A DNA stretch of 64,000 nt from Phallusia mammillata (lineage: Eukaryota), in NCBI GenBank assembly GCA_965637545.1, contig OZ281494.1, forward strand, positions 6,200,001-6,264,000, read 5' to 3'. The translations under genes and the position numbers were made by a program. The notes beneath the pieces were generated by a model. That model did no database searches. It saw nothing but the letters and a program-made list of their open reading frames with translations, and was not told the origin of the DNA. Positions 1-11,484 of the stretch are shown here, one piece after another. Numbering within the stretch: the first letter of the stretch is position 1; every line of letters starts with the position of its first letter.

Positions 1-63
1 GATCGGACGAACATGTTAAAAAGTTGAAGGTTTGTTTCGCTTTTTCACTGTAAACATTTATAG

Positions 64-609
64 CAGGGGTGGCCAACTTGCCAGTCGTTAAGATCGACGA
101 AAATTTTCTTAATTGTACGCGATCGACTGATCAGTCGTAATTTAGGCTGACACTAACACAAAGCAATAACGCAAATTTTTTCATGCGATTTGCTTGACAA
201 TTGCCACATATTTATGGTCATGAGTTTTGTTGGCAAGCATCACCTAGTTATTACAACAATAAAACGTCGCATATGCACACAATTTTTATCAAAGTAGTCA
301 GTGGGAACTTTTAAATCTCCCCAATCAATAGCAACAGCTTCGTTAAAGCAAACACTCAAGTTGTGACGACAAACATTGTAGTTGTTACGACATAATTTGG
401 TGCCAAAATAACAATTGTTACGCAACAAAGAAAGTGACAATTACTTAGGTATTGTCTTATTACACATGTGTGCGTTGTTTCAAAATGACAGAAGTGCTGT
501 TTTATAATATTTAATTTGTTTTTCAATTAATAAGCGTTTGATTAGTTGTGGAGAATTTAGTGGCGATCGACCAGTCAAAAGCAGGCGATCGACGTGTTGG
601 CCACACCTG
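64..609. mobile_element. Non-autonomous hAT-type MITE (546 bp)
   Basis: TIRs CAGGGGTGGCCAAC (64) / GTTGGCCACACCTG (596-609); perfect 8-bp TSD ATTTATAG at 56-63 and 610-617; subterminal GATCGAC repeats near both ends. Confidence 0.9.
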
Positions 610-739
610 ATTTATAGCATGAATCTACTAATGGCCTGGATAGTTTACAATTGTAGTTTCGAATTATATTTTTACCAAAAAACGTTGGTCTAAAACTTTT
701 CTTTTCTTGTGTTTTGTTTATCTTCTTTTCATCTCGCAG

Positions 740-3700
740 CTGATGTTGCGACAAGGAGCTGAATCAGACCCAGAAAGACAGTGAGTGTCAAATAATATAC
801 ATAAATTTGTTCAGGTGGAAACTAGGAAATCAATTATGCGTTAGTTTTGATTTCTGATCACACAGTAATAAACACTTTTTTCCGCTTCTTACTATTTATT
901 TTTTGAACTGTTTATTATTATTTGTAAACTAAATATTGTTGACAAAATTATTTTTAACAGTTACATTCGAAAAAGTTTGGAGTTGGCGCTCTCTGGTGGC
1001 GCCAAGCGGTTACTGCACAACGCTTTTGTGGTGGGCGCAACTTGTCGCGACGCTCTTGCCTCCTCCATCGGATATTACAAATTTCCTGTGCGTTAAATTA
1101 CCATATCTTTGGTTTAATATACGTTCTAACGAGTATGTTTGTTGTTAGGTCATAATCATTGATGACGCTTCAATGATTTCGGAACCAATGGCACTTTCAA
1201 CTTTGACCCGATATACGTGCGAGAAACTTCTCATAGCAGGGGATTCCCGGATGTCGGTGATAAATAACAACGCCGTACAGCGGTCGTTATTTCAAAGGTA
1301 GATTTTCGTGTACTATCGTGGCTTTATGTTACAGTGCAAAACATGCAAAAAATCACTTTAAGATAAATTTTAAATAAATAAATGTGATAGAAATTTCTCC
1401 AGCGGTTTCCCAAAATTTGGACTTGCAACTTCAACTACAGTTTTTGGTATTTAAATGAAACACTTGCGGTCTCTTAAAACTACTTAGCGGTCACCCAAAC
1501 CAAACCTTAAATAAAAACCTGTTTGTATGTGCAAGAATTTTTTTAATAATATGCTTTTAAATTCATGTTTGTTCACGTTTGGGCATGAAGTATTCATTTG
1601 TTTCAAATTTTTCGATTTTTTAGGCTATTAGATTTAGGAAATGACGTTTTTCACCTCAACACTCACTACCGCTGTCATCCACACGTGGTGGCGCTGCTCA
1701 ACCATGTGGTTTATGACGACACAATAATTGAAATGTCATCAAATGTAAAGAGTTTGGTTCCCAGCTTGCCTGGTGTTTGCTTTTGTGACGTCATAGGTGA
1801 GATAAAGGATGTGCGGGTAAAATATTGAGATCCCATTAACTAATGAATTTGTAAATGAGATTATGTTGTTTTGTGGAAGTTTTGTTTTAGAGTTATTGCA
1901 ACTACATCATCTCTATATTTTAATTTGCCACGGTTTGAAAGGGAATGAAGTTGCATCTGCGAAACTATAATTTCTTTACCGACTCACTCAAACGTCAAGC
2001 ATCTGCTATAAAACTGTATATTTTTAAATCTTTTCCTATTTTGACAAAAAAGTCCGATATAACATAAAAAAAACATCATCACAACGCTTTAAACAATTTC
2101 TAGGAAAAGAAGAAAATTCCAGCGTTGGCTTTATAAATCCTGACCAAGCGAAATTCTGCGCCGATATTGCTAAACTTTTGCTTAGTCATGGTGTGCCGGG
2201 TACCAGCGTCGCTGTCATGACAACGCATGACGAACAAGTTTCAGCGATTACATCAGCAATGCAGAATATCGAGTTAGTATGAGTAAACTTTTTACTTTTC
2301 TATTTGAATAAGTTAACTATTTTTGTCTTTGCAAATCAGGTTCTACGATTTAAGCGACGTCAACTGTATCAAAGTAGGGACTCTCCCAACATTTGCAGCC
2401 GCCGAATTCGATGTCGTCATAATATCTTGTGTTCAAAATTCCGCTTCAGTTAACGATCACTCAACAAAGTAGGGACTTCTAACATGTTGTGTACTTTCTG
2501 TGAGTGACGTGTTTGTTGATGTAGTGACGTTATAAGGATGCTCACCCGAGCGCGAAGTCATGTGATCGTAGTGGCTAGCTTGCGCCACCTGGCGACCAAC
2601 CCGTTATGGAGCAATGCGTTGGAATTTTGTAAAAAGCAAAACTACCAAGTGACGTCAACCTTTCTGTTCAGGTTTGTCACGTGATTATTTTAAATTATCT
2701 GATTGGACGTTGGTATTAGGTGTCTGTTTTTGCTGCTGCTTTGCAGAAAACTTTTCCAGAAGAAAATCAATTCGGCTGCAAATCTTTGCAATGAAGTTCC
2801 ATTGATCGCTGAACAAACTGACGTCCTCAAACACGTTTTTGTCACGTCAGAAAGTTCGGAGGACGATGATGCTGAGGAGGAATTTTTTAGTCAATTGAAA
2901 CGGAAACCAATCGCACAACTTAGTGAAAGTGATGACGATTTGCCGGTGTTACGTCACAAACGACCGAAGTTGAATAATGACGTCACTAAAAATGTCACTG
3001 AATCTCTGTATGATAACAACATTACTGATTCTGTAATAGACAATGTCACTGAAGATTCACATACTGTCGTTGGCAATGACCCTCGATCTCAACACGAGTT
3101 AAATGACCTTACAGTTAAAGATAGTCAGGAACATGATGATGTCATGACTGACGTTTTAAGTCTAAACCGTTATGATGCTATGGACTATGGCATCACAAAC
3201 GATAAAAAATGTGATGACATAAAGGATAATTACATCACAAATTATCAAAAAAGTGATGACATGATGGTTAACGACGTCACAAATGATCAAAATCTTGATG
3301 ACCTCATGAACAATGACGTTAATAATGGTAACAACCAGAATGATGATATGGTTCATGACGTCATAAATGATCAAAATAGTGGTGATGGTGTTATAAGTAA
3401 TAATGTCCCAAATCAGCAAAACAGTGGTGACGCGATGACTAATGACGTCACACATCAGCAAAACTTGGTCCAAGGTGTGGTTAGTGACGATGACATGGGA
3501 AATCACCTAGTCAGTAACGATGTCACAGATGTTGGCGTAAAACCAACGCAAAAAAGTAAACATCTGGCAGAATTTAATGCCGGTTCAATATTCACTATTA
3601 CTGACTGTGATTTAACATTGGACAGTGATGACATCATCTGCCCATCTTTAAACAGTGACGTAAAAAAGTTGCAAGGTGACGTCGCAGGTGTTGATGACAA

Positions 3701-3743
3701 TAATTTATTAATTGCCATGCCAGAGGTTTTACAGTCTACTTGA
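740..3743 (+). CDS. ZGRF1: ZGRF1-like UPF1/SF1B helicase, 3' part (5' exons lie outside the window), with degenerate motifs and a long D/N-rich tail
   Basis: Phase-consistent exons 740-780, 961-1087, 1149-1297, 1624-1796, 2104-2272, 2340-2468, 2525-2671, 2747-3743. Translation YIRKSLE..VVGATC..KFPVIIIDDASMISEP..TCEKLLIAGD..SLFQRL..THYRCHP..LPGVCFCDVIG..FDVVIISCV..LTRARSHVIVVASL..LWSNAL is colinear with the ZGRF1 helicase as I recall it (YIRKS, KFPVVVLDE, CEKLILVGD, QYRCHP, LPTLCFYNVKG). Read the symbol as ZGRF1-like; it may be a paralog. Confidence 0.8.
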
Positions 3744-3986
3744 TGCACAAAGTTGTTTTTGTTTGTTGACGTTTTTTTCTCTTATTGTTGCCAGCGCAAA
3801 GACACTAAATACATTTCAACCTTATCCAATCCTTCGCCACCCCACACACAGGTACTGGAATTCAAGCCAGAATGTTTCTCCACAATTACGTCACTACCTC
3901 TACCAGATGCTAGTTTCCCACGCTGGATAGAAAACCCGTACTATATGTCTGCGAATATTACCTTTAACTGTTTGTAGTATAACACC

Positions 3987-6853
3987 ATGAAAATGCTACG
4001 TGCTTTGATTGCTGTGACAGTATTTGTTCAAGGTTAGTTGAACTTTAAAGTCTCCGATATATTTTATACTTTGTTTAAATTCGACACTGTGTCATGCTTG
4101 GGCATATATTTTGAAAAGAAGGTTTGAAAGGGTTGTAGCAGTAGCGACCAAAAAATCATGACAGGGTGCTAGGGCAGATCGAGAGCACATTTTCTTGGTC
4201 TGTGCAGCAAGTGCAAACAGTAATATTCTTAACAATAAACACACAAAAGGGTCTTGGTATGGAAACTGTGAAGCGAGTATACCTTTTTATTTTATTTTGA
4301 CATGCATGATCCTAACCTCGGGTTGCCAGAGGTTCGAAATCTCCCGGACATGTCCGGAATTCTGGCGTAAAATCTATGTCTGGAAATAATTTTCAAAAAC
4401 ACTCTCAATATCCAGAATTATATCGCCAAGTAGCTTAACCTCCAGTAGTTTTTACAATTATTTGATGGGGGACTAGAATGTTTACATTATAACCGTTGTC
4501 TGTGCTAGTTTTAAAGTACAATGCACCATGCCGCGTTATTTATGCGACGACGCGTCTTGAAAGCTAACAGTATTCTGATAAACGAACCGAATCTTGTAAA
4601 TTGTTCTGTTCTGTAACTCTATTAGAAACAAAAGTATAACCAATAAAGACTTCCAATTTCTGCAGTACCAAGTAGAAGTCAATACATTGTTACGTTTCAC
4701 ACAACTTCTTATACAGTGTTGTGTGAGGAACGAATTATAGGAGGTGATGAAGCGGTTCCCCACTCTTCCCCACACATAGTTCATCTCGATAACGCATCAT
4801 CCTTTTACTGTGGCGGCTCTCTTATCAACGAACTGTGGATTCTTTCAGCAGCCCACTGCTACTTTGAGTGAGTGGAATGCACAAAATTACTTGTTGTAAT
4901 ATCTTTGGTGCTTGTTTGGCATGAAGTTTTCGTAATCATTCCGTTGTGGATTTAAACCGTCAACAGCAAGTCCTAAAGTGACAATCACTGTTTGCATTTT
5001 TCAACTATAAGCAGAAGTCGGTAATTTAACGCTGCTTGTCAAAGTATACTGGTTACAGCAAAATTGCATTGACTTCGTGTGTCAACAGTTTTGGTCGTGA
5101 AACAGTGGTTTGTGCGGCTGAGCGGATTGTTTTGCAACACCGCATTTTTTGTAATAAATTTTCAAAATGAATATTTCAGCCCTATCTACTTCAACGTTGT
5201 ACTTGGCGACCATATTACCGGATACTCTGAAGGTACGGAACAAGTAATTTCACCCTCAAAAGCTTTTAGTCACCCCCAGTACAACACTGCAACTAAAGAT
5301 TATGACGTCATGCTTATAAAGTTGTCTGTAAGTAAGATTTATTTTTGGCATTACGTTTTTTTTACCCAAACTGTCAATATTTGGTAATATGACTAAAAAT
5401 TATTTCTGGCTAAAGACTGTTTTAAATAAAGCGCAATAAAGCAAAGTCGTGATAGAGATGCAATGTTTGGTATCAAGCTGGGATAGGCTTTTCAGGCCGA
5501 TTTGAGCTTGTGTCAGTCTCGTTTGTTCAGTTCTTTCACCAATTTTCGTGTTCGGACTCGTGCAAGACTCTTGTTTAAACGGGTGTCGAAATTTCCAGTA
5601 GGACTAAACTGGACACAATTTTGTCGTGATCTTTTGAGTTTTGACAGTGATATTTTGCATTCACAAGAGCAACTATTTTACGCAGCAAGCACCGGAATTA
5701 AATCAGTTCGTTCAACCGATCCAACTTCCAGACAAGTTTTACGAAGCCACCCCTGGAACTGAATGTTCAGTTTGTGGTTGGGGAAACACTGCTGTGCCGG
5801 GATGTAAGGTTTTGTTTGTGAAACACTGACGTGTCCAGGTGCCTTTGAGCATCGTTCACACTAATCAAGCTATCCCAATTCGCTTTAAAGGCCACTTATG
5901 CGTTTAAATAACGTTATACTCCTTTGAAGCTTCTTTGACAAGTTAGAAATTTGGCCGGAACCCGCTTTTCGTGACCGTGAACGAAGTTTTTTCGACTTGC
6001 TGTTGTTACAATCTTTGTTTGTTGTTATTTCCAGTAAGTTTAACTTTCTGTGTCCTTACAAAACATAACATACAGATCACTACCCAGCTGAGCTTCGTTG
6101 CGCAATGGCACCAGTTATCAGCAGAGCAGAATGTGACAGCTATTATTCCGGCCGTATTTCCGACACAATGATCTGCGTCGGATTCCAAGAGGGTCGCATC
6201 GACGCCTGTGACGTAAGTATGGCATGTGAGGTTACTAACATTCTGCTTGTGCAGAAGTCAACACTTGAAGAAGCTACTTGTTGTTGCATTAGCTAGAAAC
6301 ACAATTGTATCAGAAAAAAAAACAATATTTAATTGTTTATGTTTGAATAAACGACTGTCAGAACTCACACGTGATATAATTGAATGTTGTTTTTTTTAAA
6401 TTGTGTTGACCGATATGACACAAATGTATTATTTCTCTTACTTCCTAACCAGTTTAACAAAATTATTGTCGATAGTGAGACAAATTTTCTACAAGCCACT
6501 AACAGTTAAACCGGTGTCAATTAGGGTTGAAATAAAATATGTATCGAAAAATAAAAGTATGTTTTTCAAGCAAATGGATTGTCGTTCGGGATTAGTTCGA
6601 TAATTTGTCAGCTTTATTGCCTCGTTGTTATGTCTTTAACAAACACGTTTAATATAAACGACTTGTATATTATAGTCTAATTTTAACTCTAATATCTGTT
6701 TAGGGAGATTCCGGGGGCCCAGTCGTGTGCGATGGTGTTTTGGCTGGAGTCGTATCGTGGGGCTTTGGGTGCGCGTACCCCAATTTCCCGGGGGTCAATG
6801 CGAAGGTCTCATCCGCTCTAGACTGGATTCAAACAACAGTCACCTACAACTGA
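3987..6853 (+). CDS. Secreted trypsin-like S1 serine protease (trypsinogen)
   Basis: Exons 3987-4032, 4717-4867, 5180-5327, 5686-5803, 6076-6212, 6704-6853. Signal peptide, R|IIGG activation site, LSAAHC (His57), DYDVMLIKL (Asp102), GDSGGP (Ser195); Asp189/Gly216/Gly226 give trypsin-type specificity. Confidence 0.96.
4320..4375. mobile_element. Fragment of an Ac/Tip100-like hAT element end
   Basis: GGGTTGCCA start plus palindrome CCGGACATGTCCGG (4344-4357); no partner TIR found. Confidence 0.3.
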
Positions 6854-7035
6854 TGACGTCATTGATTTTTTTGTCATAATGTTGGATCAAATTTTCATTG
6901 TTTTGTTGTGGTTCTATAGACCAATTCGTTTTTTTTTCAAGTATCGGATACTTTGAAGTTTAATGCTTGCAATAATACAAGTAAATAAACGAGGTGTTGT
7001 AGAGACTAAATGTGGTTTAATTTGAATGTATAAGC

Positions 7036-7110
7036 CAGTGGTTCTCAACTCGTTACAGGCCATGGACCACCATTTCAATTAAATGAATATCGTGGACCAG
7101 TATTTTGTCA
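7036..7110. mobile_element. Solo left end of a Charlie-like hAT MITE
   Basis: CAGTGGTTCTCAAC TIR identical to the one at 14304; no right TIR or TSD found. Confidence 0.5.
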
Positions 7111-7899
7111 AGCAAGGACAAAGCAAGCATGCCTTCAGCGAACCGGGCAGATTGCCTTCTTTCGTTTAGTCTCGTCTTATGTGGCATATTTCCATGGAGT
7201 CAAACAAACTCAACTTAGGCGATTTAGCGTAATAGCATTAGTCGTAAATAGTGTAATAGCACTAGTTATTGTCGTAAATAGCGTACATCCCAAATGCCTA
7301 TTTCGTGGTAACTAATTTTCTGCTGACAAACAATAAACTTAACACAAAGCCTTCCAAAGTAAAACGTTCCCTTGTGTTCGTGTTTTTCCGAAGCAAATTG
7401 CGACGTAATAAGATAAAACGAACCCGCCTAACTTGATTATGACGCGAATCACTTGTTTACGTGGCACTGAAGCGGCGTGGGCCTCTTTCCTTAGAACTAC
7501 GACCCTGCTCTTAATGGCTTTAAACCAACGTCAACTTAAAACGCTTTATCGGGTAAGGGTTGTTGTTGTAGAAGTTGGCACAAACGGGTCGTAGTTCTAA
7601 GGAAAGAGGCCCAGCATCAGAACTGCCAGTAACCAGGCTTCGCCTCACAAAAAAACATAACTTGATGTGGGAAGTATGTTGCTGCACTTGCTTGTGCGAC
7701 ACAATGGTTTTATTTAGTTTCGTGACAAGTGAGATGGATTAATAGAAGGAGTGATGTAAGGTCTTATTTCTATTCAAAGATTCCATTTTTTAGCGATCGT
7801 GCTTTGAACTTTCCGCCGTCGAAGTGAAATGAAAGAGATACCTTAGTACGGGCTTAAAATTACGAGATTGTCTTCTTGAAACAGATATAAAACTATTAG

Positions 7900-8000
7900 A
7901 GTTTTAACGATGAAAATAACTGCCGAAATAGACATAAAAAGCGACATTGCTTATTGTTCAAACGTTTTGGCAAATGCTCATGCCATCATCAGTGATATGA
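7900..8000 (+). repeat. Dispersed repeat, second copy at about 48195-48300
   Basis: ttttaacgatgaaaataa..aaaaagcgacat..aaacgttttggcaaatgc..atgccat..gtgatatg aligns by eye with 48195-48300. Confidence 0.65.
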
Positions 8001-8044
8001 AGGGCCATCGGTATATAGGAGTTTTGTTTTTTCAATGTCGTAAC

Positions 8045-8225
8045 TCAATGCCGGGTTAAAAATCGGTCCGCGTTTCGGGCCGGGTTCGGTTTCAAGTAGA
8101 AACAAAAGGGGCTTGATTCAAGTCTGACTTTACACTCAAACATATTTGTGTCGCAATTTCACCTTGGACGTCGGGTCCAATTTGGAAAAGGCGGATCTGG
8201 GTCCGATATTTAGATCCACTTACAA
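8045..8225. repeat. Repeat/MITE relic related in opposite orientation to 53085-53300
   Basis: Both share ggcttgattc..g(t/c)ctga..tttacact and cgggccgggtt-type motifs; the 53k copy has three internal AAATAAAGCCCTGATTT units. Confidence 0.45.
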
Positions 8226-10444
8226 ATGCAAGTAAAATCATTAAGTTTTCAAGACATCGCTAGATTTACGCAACCCATTAATAACGTCGTTTCGTGGTTG
8301 TGTGACGTCAGTAATACACATACGTTTAATTCCAGACCAGACACAGATTTGACCTTCAGTTTACCATGGCTATCTTCTTTAATTCGGCGAAACCACATCT
8401 GATGATCGCCATTCGTTTCGCTTCATCTCACCACTAATCCGACAGATTAAACGCAATCAAAGATTTACGATTACGGAAACCCAATGGCTGCCGAATACAT
8501 CAGTTTCCTAGACACAGATTCAATCAATTCGGCTTAACCCACCAGTTGTGAGTACCGCAGTAGATTGAAGAATCTTACAGCGCCCAACTTACAATCAATA
8601 AACTACGGCAATACTCGTTGGCGCAGCGTCCTAGGAAGAACACGCATTGATTTCCGAACCATTTTAATTGCGTTTTCTTTGCCGACTAAATGGCAACTTA
8701 AGACACTGTTTCAAACTTGTCAAGTGGACAAAATTATGGAAAGAGCATGACTTTAAACTGGTTTCTCAAACAGTGGTGCTTTTTTAATGTCAGATAACAA
8801 TAAGGGTGGAATTTTGTACTTGGAATAGGTAGTATCTGTTTCTCCAACGGATTATATAAACATTGATGATCGCTGTTGTTTGTAAATAATAAGTGAGTGT
8901 GGACAATCGCTTGTAAGAAACAGAACATCATTTTTTAGAATAAGAAATGTTAGTTATTTTTATACGTTGGTCGTACCCTAGTATGCGTTTTTATACACAG
9001 TTGAATTTTGAGGCGACATGCTTTACGTTTCGTAGTTGAGCAGGAAGTCTCACAACAAATTGGTGCTTTTGTATTATACCAGCTGTTGAGTTGTCTAAAG
9101 TGGCTTTAGATTATTCTAAAAGCGGTGTAATAACATACAAATCAATCGTTTCTTAATGCTTCTGTCAAAGCGAGTCTTCAGTGGTTAAATAGGGAAAAAC
9201 AATCTGACTCGTTTCAAATTAAGCTCAGATTGCGGCATGACCAAACATGTCGCCAATAACGCTAAAAGCTTAATCCTTGACGTTCAAAGGCCAGTGCCCA
9301 TGCTATGACCTTTGTTCATCGTATAGAAAATGATCTTTTTCCTAATGATGAAGAAGAAATCGCAGACGTTTTAGTTTCTCGGGAGAGATGTTTTGGTAAG
9401 AAGGTAATGTCGTTAGTGAAACCGTCAAAATTTTAGCGTTGTCTATTAAACTGGACTAGTTTTACGTAATATTTTTGAAACTGCAGGTGTTTTAGTGAAA
9501 GCGGTTTACATTTTATAAACGATTACCAGAAATAACCGATTAGTTGCAAGAAACCACTGGTTTGCTACGAAAGTTTATACTGACGCAAGCAATTGACCAT
9601 GTATTTTTGCATTGTTTATTTGATTTATATTGCAGACGGTGGTATCTTATAGGTTTTTCCCGCATTCGCTTTTTACTTGTTAAACATTTGTTGTATTTGT
9701 AGTTTCTCGTTCGATTCCATTTATTTATAATTTAAATTTGTTATTCAAGTAACTTAGTACAAGTTCGAAATTTCGATATTTCAAAAGCTTCAAGGCTCTT
9801 CAAAGCGTTGGTTCAGCAAGAAATATTCTTGGCATGTTAATAAACTGCGCAGTTCAGCTCATTAATAAAACATGTCTCAAACTCGTCAAGTTGCCTTTTG
9901 GGAATAAATTTCTTCGACTAACTTTCGGTGTCAGAACTGCTCATGAAACCACTTCAGACAGCGACAAGGTCACATAATTGACCTTGTCGAATCGCTCGCT
10001 AAAATTGGGTCAGGCATTTATCGATATATCGTTTAGTACAAACAAGTTGGCTGAACTTTACTTGTGAAGAAATGGGCAGACGTAAAATGCGGTACTTGAG
10101 CAAGGAAAACAACAACTGTGTAGATTACATGCTCAAAGCAATGCAAGTTTTAGGTAGCAGTAACAGCAAATTAGGTGTATTTCTAGTTGTTGGCTTTTGT
10201 TCACTTGAAATACACTTAAAGGACAGTTCACATTTTGCGCCAGTGCCCGATAATTTTTTTAAAGCACTCAAAGGTATGGGTTAATGCCCGAGTTAGAAAT
10301 GACCTGCTATAGATCTAAGAGCCCTGCTAGCAAAGGGTTTGAAGTATTGCTTTTTTAAAGCACGAAGCTGTAATTTTGAACACCCATATTGCTTTTTAGG
10401 CTTCAACTAACCTATAAAAGCTTTAAAAAATATTTACGTTGCAG

Positions 10445-11484
10445 ATGTTTATGGTTTAAAACCGTTCTACCTGAATGGTTTACCTGTAAGACTTTAGTAT
10501 TTCGTTGAAGTTTCAAGTTTATTTGCCTTAATTAACATCAGGGAAGGCGCGATTAATAATTGATACCCCACTTGCCCTGTTGCAATGGCGAGCGAAGAGG
10601 CAAGTAGAGGATATGGATACCAAAACCACGTGGGCCATATTCCATACGACATACTCGGGTAAGATGCTCAACATTATATGCAATATTCCAACACAAGTAG
10701 AAGTATGAGATATTTTGTAGTGTGAGATTCTGATTCCCGAAAACACGGTGTTTAAATTAATGAATTTTACTTGTTTTCTGTAGCTCAGAAGTTTGCAACT
10801 TATGGATCAACCTGTTGTTTGTAAGCCTTTTTTCAACACTTAAAACTTATGCGGCATTCCTCCACGAATTGAAAGACACATAGATTTACCCCCCAAAAAG
10901 CTACGTTGATATAACCGCTAGTACGCTTGCAGCAAAGCAACACAACTCACTTTTTACGCGACACAATTCACAACTAAACAGCAAAAGATTTGTTTTGTTA
11001 ATTTTCACATTTTTTGTGATAAGTCCAACAGGTTTTTAGTCGGAAACAATCTCATAACAAGAGTCTAGCATTAATTCTGGTGTGTATGCCGTTGCAAAAA
11101 CTGCAAACTAAACATCTATTTGACTAACTCAATATCTATTTGGGATTTGAAACCCGAACTAATGACGTACTCTTACCTTATAGTAACAATGGTCCAGGGA
11201 TGATCTTCGTGTTCTTCGTGCTCGTCAGCATGTTAGTAGTCACAGTTTGCTGGTGCGTCATCAAATGTTACGTACTAGCCGAGATGGAAACGTCATCGAC
11301 TGAAGATTACAAGCGATATCGTAAGATTCGTGACGTCAAAGGCAAGCTGTCGACAACCAGCAGTGACCAACCTGATGACGAAATCAATTGTGACGTCATT
11401 GGTACTACGTCGAGCGTCGTCAGGGATTGTGAAATTACGATTACTGAGGTAAGGTTTATTGAAGACGTAGCGAATGTTGAATGA
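10445..11484 (+). CDS. Putative small single-pass membrane protein (5' end unresolved)
   Basis: Good splice sites join 10445-10485, 10784-10820 and 11184-11484 in frame: CLWFKTVLPEWFTSQKFATYGSTCCFNNGPG-MIFVFFVLVSMLVVTVCWCV-IKC..KRYRKIR. A hydrophobic helix is followed by a basic patch and an acidic tail. No family recognised. Confidence 0.45.

Noticed and set aside
4344-4357. Palindrome containing a perfect p53 half-site GGACATGTCC
   Set aside because: Only one half-site, inside a probable hAT relic.
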